DNA from: Vulcanimicrobiota bacterium
GTDB lineage: Bacteria > Vulcanimicrobiota > Vulcanimicrobiia > Vulcanimicrobiales > Vulcanimicrobiaceae
NCBI GenBank assembly: GCA_963777315.1
Contig: CAVZQC010000001.1
Location: 96,001-160,000 of the forward strand
DNA: 64,000 nucleotides
Direction of reading: 5' to 3'
The first letter of the stretch is position 1. Each line of letters starts with the position of its first letter. Both the position numbers and the translations under genes were made by a program. Shown here in pieces: positions 1 to 9,294 of this stretch. Under the pieces are notes generated by a model that saw only the letters and a program-made list of their open reading frames with translations, had not been told where the DNA came from and ran no database searches.

Positions 1-546
1 CGGTTCGAGGGCATTCAAATGGCGTTGCGCAAAGAGCCGCCGGTAGGCGTGGGTTTCGTCGTCAGCGGTGCGCTGCAGCGAGCGTACCCGTACGGCGTCG
101 ACCCGGCATTCTACGCCACGAGCGCGGGCCCGTATACGACCAACCTGGGCGTGCTGCCCGGCGTCAACTTCATCGGCGACAACAAGCCCTTCTTCAACGG
201 CATTTCGAACAAATCCGAAGCCTACGCGCAAGGTTTCGCGCAGATCGACCGGCGGTGGCCGCACGGTCAATATCTTGCGCTGGGCTTGACTTACTACGGG
301 CCCAACAATACCTATAACGTGCCCGCATTTGCCGTGATGAATGGCACGTACCGTTTAAGCATCGCGCCGCAAACGACGCTGCAATTGAGCGCGGACAATA
401 TGTTGGGATCGTATCCCTCGCCGTGGATTGCGGCCGGCGCGGGCATTCCCGCGCCGCTTATCGATGGCCAAACCGGTTTGCGCAACCTTGTGCCGTATGG
501 GCCGGCCGCGGTTCACCTCCAGCTGGAGCACCGTTTCGGTCCCTAG
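1..546 (+). CDS. TonB-dependent receptor-like outer membrane protein, C-terminal part (5'-truncated by window edge)
   Basis: Frame open from base 1; alternating beta-strand pattern, 'YYGPNNTYN', 'TLQLSADNMLG', ends 'LQLEHRFGP' like a barrel C-terminus. Confidence 0.65.
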   Translation, partial: RFEGIQMALRKEPPVGVGFVVSGALQRAYPYGVDPAFYATSAGPYTTNLGVLPGVNFIGDNKPFFNGISNKSEAYAQGFAQIDRRWPHGQYLALGLTYYGPNNTYNVPAFAVMNGTYRLSIAPQTTLQLSADNMLGSYPSPWIAAGAGIPAPLIDGQTGLRNLVPYGPAAVHLQLEHRFGP

Positions 547-1304
547 CCTCGCACGCTTGACACGAACGCCGCCACGCAGCTCGCAACGATCCCGGGACGC
601 TCGCGATGCGGCGAGTGGCCGCAATGGGCGAGGTAGAGCGAATCCACCGCGCCTTTCGCGTCCGCGTGGATTGCATCGATCTGAGCTCGCGTTCCGTACT
701 GGTCGCCGGCGCCTTGCAGCAACAGCATCGGCACGTCGATTCGCCGCAGGCGATCCCGAATGTTCCAGGCGCGAAACCGCGGATCCAGCCAGATGTCGTT
801 CCAGCCGTAAAACGTGCGGTCGACGTCCTGGTGGTAGCGTTTGAGCCGAGTTCGCAAATCCCCCGTTTCGTATGCGAGCTTCGCGCGGGCGATACCCTCA
901 ATCGAGCGGTCTTCCACGAACACGTGCGGAGCCGCAGTGATGAGCGCGCGAGTGCGCACCCGAACGTCGGCTGCGTAAATGAGCGCGATCGAGGCGCCAT
1001 CGCTATGCCCGAACAGGATTGCGTCATGGACCTCGAACGCGTCGAGCACCTGGCCGAGCGCCGTGTGCGCTTCATCGTGCATGTACTCGACATTCCGGCT
1101 TTCGTTCAGCGGTTCGGAAAAGCCGTTGCCGTACCGGGAATAGAGCAGCGCGCTGCATCCCGTACGCTCGACGAGCGCGTGCGGAAAGCGTTTCCACATC
1201 GCAATGGAGCCCAGGCCCTCGTGAAGGAACACGAGTACGGGCGCGTCGCCGTGGGCGCCGGCAATGAATTGCGCGTCTATGCGGCGGCCGGCCGCGGTAA
1301 CCAC
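543..1304 (-). CDS. Alpha/beta fold hydrolase
   Basis: FLHEGLGS oxyanion motif, GHSDGAS nucleophile elbow, C-terminal GHSPH. Confidence 0.9.
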   Translation of the reverse strand: MVTAAGRRIDAQFIAGAHGDAPVLVFLHEGLGSIAMWKRFPHALVERTGCSALLYSRYGNGFSEPLNESRNVEYMHDEAHTALGQVLDAFEVHDAILFGHSDGASIALIYAADVRVRTRALITAAPHVFVEDRSIEGIARAKLAYETGDLRTRLKRYHQDVDRTFYGWNDIWLDPRFRAWNIRDRLRRIDVPMLLLQGAGDQYGTRAQIDAIHADAKGAVDSLYLAHCGHSPHRERPGIVASCVAAFVSSVRG

Positions 1305-1311
1305 CGCCGGT

Positions 1312-1722
1312 TTACGTTTCGGGTTTAAACTGCAGCGAGAGCGAGTTGATGCAGTACCGGGTTCCGCGCGGTTCGGGACCGTCTTCGAAGACGTGTCCTA
1401 AGTGCGAATCGCAGCGCTTGCAGCGAACCTCGACGCGCTGCATGCCGTGGCTGCGATCCTCCAGCAGACGCACGTTCTGCTGCTGCTCCGGATGGGTGAA
1501 ACTGGGCCATCCGCAGTGCGAGTCGAATTTGGCCTGCGAGGCAAAAAGCTCGTAACCGCACGCCGCGCAATGGAACGTGCCCGCACCGCGCTCCTGCAGC
1601 AAATTCCCCGTAAACGGCGGTTCGGTCCCCGCTTCGCGCAGCACGTGATAGCGCTCGGGCCCGAGCTCTTGCCTCCACTGCGCTTCCGGCTTGACGACTT
1701 GCGTCGTACTGTCGTGTTTCAT
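1312..1722 (-). CDS. msrB: Peptide-methionine (R)-S-oxide reductase
   Basis: GTEPPF, CAAC, KFDSHCGWPSF, CKRCDSHLGHVFEDGP, RYCINS. Confidence 0.97.
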   Translation of the reverse strand: MKHDSTTQVVKPEAQWRQELGPERYHVLREAGTEPPFTGNLLQERGAGTFHCAACGYELFASQAKFDSHCGWPSFTHPEQQQNVRLLEDRSHGMQRVEVRCKRCDSHLGHVFEDGPEPRGTRYCINSLSLQFKPET

Positions 1723-1728
1723 GCGATT

Positions 1729-2400
1729 TTAGTCCATTTCGATGTCGGCGCCGCTTTCGTCGAACAGAAAGCGGCTGTCATAGGAGCGGGTTTCTCCGCC
1801 GGCGTCGTCGATCACCCGCGAGCGAATGGAGAGACGGTGCATTTTCTTGCCGCCATGCGTTACCGGCCCGCCGTAAAAATATTGCACCAGCGGTATTTTG
1901 TCTTTTTCCAACGCGGACAGACGCCGCGCATCCACCAGCATCGCGAGCATGCGTTCCTGCAGGCGCTGCGGAATCAGGCGAACGACGTCGTCGGCCTGCA
2001 TCCGCACCAGTTCCAACTCTTTTTGGGCCTTGTTTTCGATCTCGACGGCTTCATTGCTGCAAAAGCGCACCAGCGCGTCCCAGTCGTCGGCCCCGATTCC
2101 GGTATATTGCAGCCCGTAGCGCCACACCGGTTTGCCGTGCAGCGTGCCGGGCGTGCACCACACTTGCTTGGCACGAACCGCGATCGATTTGTTCTCGGCG
2201 GCAATGCGAAAGTTCATTTCCGTTTTGTCGAGTTTGACGCTGGATATAACGCCCATCCCGCCCGCTGAAATGTCTACGGGCACCAGCGCCTTCCAGTCGG
2301 AATCGCCGGCCGACCACGCGCGAAAACCACCGGCGCGGCGCGGGTAATGCCTGCGGTTGCCGCGCCGGCGAGAGAACCAGGACAGTAACCCGGTGAGCAA
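1729..2400 (-). CDS. PilZ-domain protein (putative c-di-GMP receptor) with unknown C-terminal domain
   Basis: RxxxR (RRHYPR) followed by DxSxGG (DISAGGMG). Confidence 0.7.
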   Translation of the reverse strand: MLTGLLSWFSRRRGNRRHYPRRAGGFRAWSAGDSDWKALVPVDISAGGMGVISSVKLDKTEMNFRIAAENKSIAVRAKQVWCTPGTLHGKPVWRYGLQYTGIGADDWDALVRFCSNEAVEIENKAQKELELVRMQADDVVRLIPQRLQERMLAMLVDARRLSALEKDKIPLVQYFYGGPVTHGGKKMHRLSIRSRVIDDAGGETRSYDSRFLFDESGADIEMD

Positions 2401-2412
2401 CCCTTCCAGCCG

Positions 2413-3531
2413 TTATTCGCCGGACTGCGAACTGGGTTCTACGACCACCGCGCCGGTTTCGCGTTTGACGTCGCTGGCGATGTCCGGCGCCTTTCCGCCG
2501 TGTTCTTCGACCCAGTGACACGCTGCAAAGTGTCCGGGGCGGTATTCGTTAAAGGGCGGAACCTCGATTTTGCAGCGCTCGAACGCGATCGGGCAGCGCG
2601 TGTGGAAGCGGCAGCCCGAAGGCGGATTGACCGGCGAAGGAATGTCGCCGGTGAGGACGATGCGTTTGCGCCGCCGTTCGACGTGCGGATCCGGTATCGG
2701 GATGGCCGAGAGCAGCGACTGCGTGTACGGATGCAGCGGCTCTTCGTAGAGATCGCTGCGGTCGGCGAGTTCCATGATCTTGCCCACGTACATGACCGCG
2801 ACCCGCGTAGAGATATGGCGAACGACGGAAAGATCGTGCGCGATGAACAAGTACGTCAACCCCAGCTGATGCTGCAGATCTTCGAGCAGATTGATCACCT
2901 GCGCTTGAATCGACACGTCCAAGGCCGATACCGGCTCGTCGCAAACGATGAACTTGGGGTTGACGGCCAAGGCTCGGGCGATGCCCACGCGCTGACGCTG
3001 ACCGCCGGAAAATTCGTGCGGATAGCGGTTGGCGTGATAGGGCTGTAAGCCCACCACGCGCAGCAGTTCCTGCACGCGCGCGCGCGCCGCCTTGCCGGTT
3101 GCAAGTTTGTGAATCTTGAGCGGTTCTCCGACGATATCGCCGACCGTCATGCGCGGATTGAGCGACGCAAACGGATCCTGGAAGATGATCTGCATCTCTT
3201 TGCGCAACTTGCGCAGCTCTTGCCGGTTGCAGTTCAGGATGTTTCTACCGTCGAACCATATCTCGCCGCTGGTTTCGCGCAGCAGGCGCAGAATGACGCG
3301 GCCCACCGTCGTTTTTCCCGAGCCGGATTCGCCTACCAGCCCCAGCGTTTCGCCGGCCGCAATGGTGAAGTCGACGCCGTCGACCGCTTTCACGTCACCG
3401 ATGTGGCGCGACAGCAGGCCGGCGTGGATGGGAAAATACTTGTAGAGATCCTTGATTTCGATGAGGTTGGATTTCAGCTGCGATTTGCCGTCGGCCAGCT
3501 CGGGCTCTCTGGACATCTCGGCGTGGCTCAT
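2413..3531 (-). CDS. oppF: Oligopeptide/dipeptide ABC transporter ATP-binding protein (OppF/DppF type)
   Basis: [25 protein letters not shown]-terminal GCRFHTRC. Confidence 0.92.
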   Translation of the reverse strand: MSHAEMSREPELADGKSQLKSNLIEIKDLYKYFPIHAGLLSRHIGDVKAVDGVDFTIAAGETLGLVGESGSGKTTVGRVILRLLRETSGEIWFDGRNILNCNRQELRKLRKEMQIIFQDPFASLNPRMTVGDIVGEPLKIHKLATGKAARARVQELLRVVGLQPYHANRYPHEFSGGQRQRVGIARALAVNPKFIVCDEPVSALDVSIQAQVINLLEDLQHQLGLTYLFIAHDLSVVRHISTRVAVMYVGKIMELADRSDLYEEPLHPYTQSLLSAIPIPDPHVERRRKRIVLTGDIPSPVNPPSGCRFHTRCPIAFERCKIEVPPFNEYRPGHFAACHWVEEHGGKAPDIASDVKRETGAVVVEPSSQSGE

Positions 3532-3552
3532 CGTTTCACGGCCTTCGAGCGC

Positions 3553-4608
<1,056 letters not shown>

Positions 4609-4620
4609 ACGCGAAGCCGG

Positions 4621-4980
4621 CTAGATGCCGGTCAAAGAGAGAATCGTGCCGACGATGACGAACGCGACTGCCGCCACCCCGGTGATCCGCTTGAGCTGTT
4701 CCTCGGCCCCCGGCCGGCCGTAGGCCGATTCAACGCGGCCGCCGATCGTGCCGGACAGGCCTTCCTGTTTGGTCGTCTGCGCGGCGAGCAGCGCGATGAG
4801 CGCCAGTGCGGATATGATGAAAATCGCTCCCAGCGTGTGGGTGAGCCAGCCGGCATGCTGCTGAAACCAGGTCTGATGCACGTAGTTGAGCCCGGGCGCG
4901 ACGCGCAGGGGGCCCGGCGTGGGAACGTTGCTGAGCGGAACTTTGATGGGCGCGGCCGCCGCGAGCAGAAAAGACGTCAA
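4621..4980 (-). CDS. secG: Preprotein translocase subunit SecG with N-terminal extension
   Basis: Two TM helices flanking Q-x-x-K-x-EGLSGTIGG; 'GAEEQLKRITG'; TTG start after AGGAG. Confidence 0.85.
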   Translation of the reverse strand: MTSFLLAAAAPIKVPLSNVPTPGPLRVAPGLNYVHQTWFQQHAGWLTHTLGAIFIISALALIALLAAQTTKQEGLSGTIGGRVESAYGRPGAEEQLKRITGVAAVAFVIVGTILSLTGI

Positions 4981-5041
4981 CCGAAAAGCTCCTGAACGAA
5001 AACGCGGCGCGTTGCACGCGCCGGCAAACTGAGCAATTTTA

Positions 5042-6934
5042 TCATGGACTGACCGGGGCTACAATGAGACTTGCCACCCGTGCGGCCACTTGCTCGCCGG
5101 CCAGCCCGAACAGGGCCCGCTGTTTGGGCTGCGCGTCGTGCTGCACCAGCACGTTATTGGGAACGCCCATTCGCTCGACCTTCACTTCCAAATCGCGGTC
5201 GCAGACCAACTCCGCGACCGCCGAACCGAAGCCTCCGGCCAGCGAATGTTCCTCCAGGGTCAGAAAATGGGAATGCGCGCCGGCTAAGTCGAGCAGCAGC
5301 GCCTCGTCCAGCGGTTTGACGAACCGCATGTTCACCACGGACGGGCCGCCCGACAGAATGTCCCATGCGTCCAAAGCGGCGTCGACGGTATTGCCGTATG
5401 CCAGAATCGCGACGCCGGACCCCCGGCGCAGCACTTCGGCTTTCCCGTGCGCGATTGGAGCGATGGGATCGCGATGGGCGCCGCTGGTAGAACCGCGCGG
5501 ATAGCGGATCGCCGCGGGACCGTCCAGCGTGAGGGCATGTTCGAGCATCGGCAACAGCTCGTTTTCGTTGCGCGGCGCCATCACCGTGACGTTCGGCAGC
5601 GTGCGCAGATAGGCGATGTCGTACAATCCCATGTGCGTGGGCCCGTCGTCTGCCACGAAACCCGCGCGATCCATGCAGAACACCACCGGAAGATTTTGAA
5701 CGCACACGTCGTGGACGATCTGGTCGTAGGCACGCTGAAGAAACGTCGAGTAAATCGCGCACACGGGCCGTAGACCGCTGGTCGCGGCGCCGGCGGCAAA
5801 GCATACCGCGTGCGCTTCGGCGATGCCTACGTCGAAGTACCGCTCGGGGTACGCTTTGCCGAATGCGGCCAGTCCCGTTCCGTCCGGCATGGCGGCGGTA
5901 ATGCCGATAATGCGCGGATCGCGGCGCGCGATGCTGATCATCGCGGCGCCGAATGCCTGCGAAAACGTGGGCGGCGCGTCGGGCTTTTTGATCACCTGTC
6001 CATTGGACCGGTCGAAGCTTCCAAGGCCGTGAAACGTGCGCGCGTCTTTCTCGGCCGGCTCGTAGCCTTTGCCTTTGACGGTGCGCACGTGCAGCAGGAC
6101 CGCGCGGGGAATGGCTTTGGCGGTGTTGAGGCCGTCGACCAAAGCGTCGTAATTGTGCCCGTCGATCGGTCCGATATAGCGAAAGCCCAGTTCCTCGAAG
6201 ATGACCGCGGCCTTTTCGGCCGGCGCGATGAACCGCATTGCGCCCAGCTCCGCGGACTCGAACGCCTTTTTCGCCATCGCGCCCAGCGGCAGGTGATCGA
6301 GAACGGTTCTGCCGGTCGCGCGCGCGAGGTTGGCCAGCGGTTTGCTCCGCAAAACCGAAAGGTAGGATGCTATCGAACCGACGTTGGGCGCGATCGACAT
6401 CTCGTTGTCGTTCAGGACGACGACGAAATTCGTGCGCAGTTGGCCGGCATTGTTGAGCCCTTCGTACGCAAGACCGCCGGTGAGCGCGCCGTCGCCGAGA
6501 ACCGCCACGATCGTTTCTTGCCGTCCGGCCAAATCGCGCGCTTTGACCATTCCCAAAGCGGAGGAAACGCTCGTGCTGGCGTGCCCGGCGCCGAAGCAAT
6601 CGTATTCGGATTCCGCGCGCATCGCAAAGCCGGACAAACCGCCGCCCTTGCGTATCGTCGGAAACCGGTCGAGCCGTCCGGTGAGCATCTTGTGCACGTA
6701 CACTTGGTGGCTCACGTCCCACACGATGCGGTCGCCCGGCAGGTCCAGCACCCGATGGAGCGCCAGCGTCAGCTCGACGACGCCCAAATTCGGCGCGAGA
6801 TGTCCCCCGTTCTTGGCGCAAACCGCTACGAGCATGTCGCGGATTTCTTGCGCCAGCGCATCGATCTGGGGCCGGCTGAGCTGCTTGAGGTCGTCGGGAG
6901 AAGCAATGCGTTCGATCAGCATATCAGTGGGCAT
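5042..6934 (-). CDS. dxs: 1-deoxy-D-xylulose-5-phosphate synthase
   Basis: GGHLAPNLGVVEL, GAGHASTS, GDGALTGG, LNDNEMSI, DGPTH. Confidence 0.98.
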   Translation of the reverse strand: MPTDMLIERIASPDDLKQLSRPQIDALAQEIRDMLVAVCAKNGGHLAPNLGVVELTLALHRVLDLPGDRIVWDVSHQVYVHKMLTGRLDRFPTIRKGGGLSGFAMRAESEYDCFGAGHASTSVSSALGMVKARDLAGRQETIVAVLGDGALTGGLAYEGLNNAGQLRTNFVVVLNDNEMSIAPNVGSIASYLSVLRSKPLANLARATGRTVLDHLPLGAMAKKAFESAELGAMRFIAPAEKAAVIFEELGFRYIGPIDGHNYDALVDGLNTAKAIPRAVLLHVRTVKGKGYEPAEKDARTFHGLGSFDRSNGQVIKKPDAPPTFSQAFGAAMISIARRDPRIIGITAAMPDGTGLAAFGKAYPERYFDVGIAEAHAVCFAAGAATSGLRPVCAIYSTFLQRAYDQIVHDVCVQNLPVVFCMDRAGFVADDGPTHMGLYDIAYLRTLPNVTVMAPRNENELLPMLEHALTLDGPAAIRYPRGSTSGAHRDPIAPIAHGKAEVLRRGSGVAILAYGNTVDAALDAWDILSGGPSVVNMRFVKPLDEALLLDLAGAHSHFLTLEEHSLAGGFGSAVAELVCDRDLEVKVERMGVPNNVLVQHDAQPKQRALFGLAGEQVAARVASLIVAPVSP

Positions 6935-7043
6935 GCTTTTCGGTTACCCAGATTGCGGGTCCCCTCTTGCTTGACCGGCCCGCGGATGCGCGCCGGATGC
7001 ACCCGGACAGGCTCGCAGCCGCGCATGGAGGAAGGCGGAACGC

Positions 7044-7691
7044 GTGATCGACCTGCATCCCCGTCTAACGCCGGTGCCGATCAAGAACCGCCGCGTATGG
7101 CGCGATCTCGCGAAAATTCTCTCGACGATCTTCAACCCGTTTTTGACCGCGCTCGCCTTGTTCGTTATCCTGTCGCACATCCGCGCGCGCACGACCGAAG
7201 AATTTTGGTGGACGCTCTTCTTGAGCACGTTCTTTACGTCGATCGGCCCGATGCTGTTCATTTTTTGGCTATATGCAAGCGATCGCATCTCCGATTTGGA
7301 CATGTCCGTGCGCCAGGAGCGAGAGAAAGTGTTCGGCGTGTTCGTGGTTTTCTATCTGCTCGGAACGGTAACGCTGTGGTTCACGCACGTGCCCACGCTG
7401 CTGATCGCAACGATGGCGGGGTACACGCTGGCCACCGTCGTCGTACAGTACATTACGCGCTATTGGAAGATCAGTACGCACGCGCTCGGGATTACCGCAC
7501 CGCTCGTCGCGCTCAGTTTGCTGTATGGGCGCGAGCCGTTGCCGTTTCTGCCGCTCATACCGGCAGTATGCTGGGCGCGGGTGTACCTCAAAGCTCATTC
7601 GGTCGCACAGGTGATCGCGGGCGCGGCCTTGGCCGCGGGAAGCGTGGCGCTGCTTTTCTGGTTATTCCACGTCAAGACACTGGCGTGGTAA
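7044..7691 (+). CDS. PAP2-like integral membrane protein
   Basis: About 6 TM helices; WKISTHA and WARVYLKAHSVAQV resemble PAP2 C2/C3 motifs. Confidence 0.7.
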   Translation: MIDLHPRLTPVPIKNRRVWRDLAKILSTIFNPFLTALALFVILSHIRARTTEEFWWTLFLSTFFTSIGPMLFIFWLYASDRISDLDMSVRQEREKVFGVFVVFYLLGTVTLWFTHVPTLLIATMAGYTLATVVVQYITRYWKISTHALGITAPLVALSLLYGREPLPFLPLIPAVCWARVYLKAHSVAQVIAGAALAAGSVALLFWLFHVKTLAW

Positions 7692-8516
7692 CGCCAGCCG
7701 GCGCATCGCGGTTTCGACCGGCACTTTGACGCGCTGCGCGAGCCGCAGTCCGGCGAGCAATCGGATGAACCACCAGGTGGGGTCGATTTCGAACCAGCGC
7801 AAGCCGTGGCGCGCCGAGTACGGAAAAGCGTGGTGGTTGTTGTGCCAGCCCTCGCCCCAGGACACCAGCGCCACCCACCAGCAGTTGGTGGACCGATCGG
7901 CGGTATCGTAGCTGCGATATCCCAGAGAATGGGCCGCGCTGTTGACCAGCCAGGTGGCATGGTAGCTGACGACCAGCCGCACGAACACGCCCCAGATCAC
8001 GAAAGGCCATCCGCCGATCGCAAATAGCAGTGCGGCCAAAAGCAGCTGCAGCGGAACGTGCATCGTTTTAAGTGCTCGATAAAAAGGGTCGGCGCAAAGA
8101 TCGGGCGCGTAGCGCTGCAGTTCGGCCGCGGTCGGCATCGCGTCGTTATGCCGGTACAGCCAGCGCATGTGCGCCCAGCGAAAGCCGCGATCGATGCCAT
8201 GAGGGTCGCCTTCGCCGTCCGCGTGGGCGTGATGCTTGCGGTGCGTGGCGACCCAACGAATGGGATCGCCTTGAAGCGCGAGCGCGCCGAAAACGGCAAA
8301 CAGATATTCCAACGGTTTACTCAAACGCAGGCCGCGATGCGTGAGCGTGCGATGGTAGCACAGCGTGATGCCGATTCCGCCGGTGAGGTAGAGGACCACG
8401 GCCAGCACGGCGAGCACCGGCCAGTGAAACATGCCCGGAAGAAACGCGGCCAGTGCGCCCAGGTGAATGCCCGCAAGCCCGAAGCGATTGACGGCGCTTC
8501 GGGCCTGCGGACTCAT
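7662..8516 (-). CDS. Delta-9 acyl-CoA/acyl-lipid fatty acid desaturase
   Basis: His boxes HRTLTH, HRKHH, GEGWHNNHH; start reassigned to ATG 8516. Confidence 0.93.
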   Translation of the reverse strand: MSPQARSAVNRFGLAGIHLGALAAFLPGMFHWPVLAVLAVVLYLTGGIGITLCYHRTLTHRGLRLSKPLEYLFAVFGALALQGDPIRWVATHRKHHAHADGEGDPHGIDRGFRWAHMRWLYRHNDAMPTAAELQRYAPDLCADPFYRALKTMHVPLQLLLAALLFAIGGWPFVIWGVFVRLVVSYHATWLVNSAAHSLGYRSYDTADRSTNCWWVALVSWGEGWHNNHHAFPYSARHGLRWFEIDPTWWFIRLLAGLRLAQRVKVPVETAMRRLALPRQCLDVE

Positions 8517-8532
8517 GGACGCTGCTCTCGCG

Positions 8533-8844
8533 TTAGCGATAGCTGGGACGGCTGGCGAAGCAGTCCCGGCAGTACACGGGCTTGTCGCCGCGCGGCTGAA
8601 ACGGAACTTCGGCGACGCCGCCGCACTGGCTGCACGTGGCCTTGAACATTTCGCGTCGCGCGCCGCCGCCGTAGCTGCTGCCGCCGCCGCTTTGCGGGCG
8701 GGAGGACTTGCGAGCTGCGCGGCAGTCGCTGCACCGGCTGGGCTTATTGGTAAAGCCCTTGCTGGCAAAGAATTCTTGTTCGCTTGCGGTGAACGGGAAC
8801 GAACGTCCGCAATCCACGCAATTGAGCGTTTCGTCTGAGTACAT
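8533..8844 (-). CDS. Double zinc-ribbon protein (zf-trcl type plus CxxC-x17-CxxC)
   Basis: CVDCG..F.FT..EQEFF..KGF...PSRCSDCR, Gly/Ser linker, CSQCG..AEVPFQP..DKPVYCRDCF; AGGAG RBS before ATG 8844. Confidence 0.9.
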   Translation of the reverse strand: MYSDETLNCVDCGRSFPFTASEQEFFASKGFTNKPSRCSDCRAARKSSRPQSGGGSSYGGGARREMFKATCSQCGGVAEVPFQPRGDKPVYCRDCFASRPSYR

Positions 8845-8982
8845 AACGAGTCTCCTAACTCTTATCGTAGTGATTGTTTTGGGATCCGACTCGCCAGTAC
8901 TTGGAACGTAAACCGCAAACTTCGAAGCCTGTAACGGAACGCTAAACACCAGAGAGTGCCAAATGGTTGCGCCGAAGCGCTG

Positions 8983-9246
8983 CTACGTTCGCCTCGCTTC
9001 GCCGGCGCGGTAACGATACACGATACGGCCCTTGGTCAAATCGTAGGGTGAAACCTCGACGTCCACGCGGTCGCCCGGGAGAATCTTGATGCGGTGCCGG
9101 CGTAGGCGGCCGGCGATATGCGCCAGGATTACGTGCCCGTTGTCCAACTCCACGGAAAATGTCGTGCTCGGGAATACTTGCTTAACGCTGCCGTACACCT
9201 CGAGCGGCGACTCTTTTTGGTCTAGATTGGAGTGGCGGTTCTGAAT
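8983..9246 (-). CDS. infA: Translation initiation factor IF-1 (start uncertain: ATT 9246 proposed, GTG 9198 is the first canonical codon)
   Basis: [49 protein letters not shown]; similarity extends upstream of GTG ([10 protein letters not shown]). Confidence 0.9.
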   Translation of the reverse strand: MQNRHSNLDQKESPLEVYGSVKQVFPSTTFSVELDNGHVILAHIAGRLRRHRIKILPGDRVDVEVSPYDLTKGRIVYRYRAGEARRT

Positions 9247-9294
9247 GGTTGCGTGTCTCTTTGGGCGCGTGGGGTGAGATACTGCCGGAGTGTC

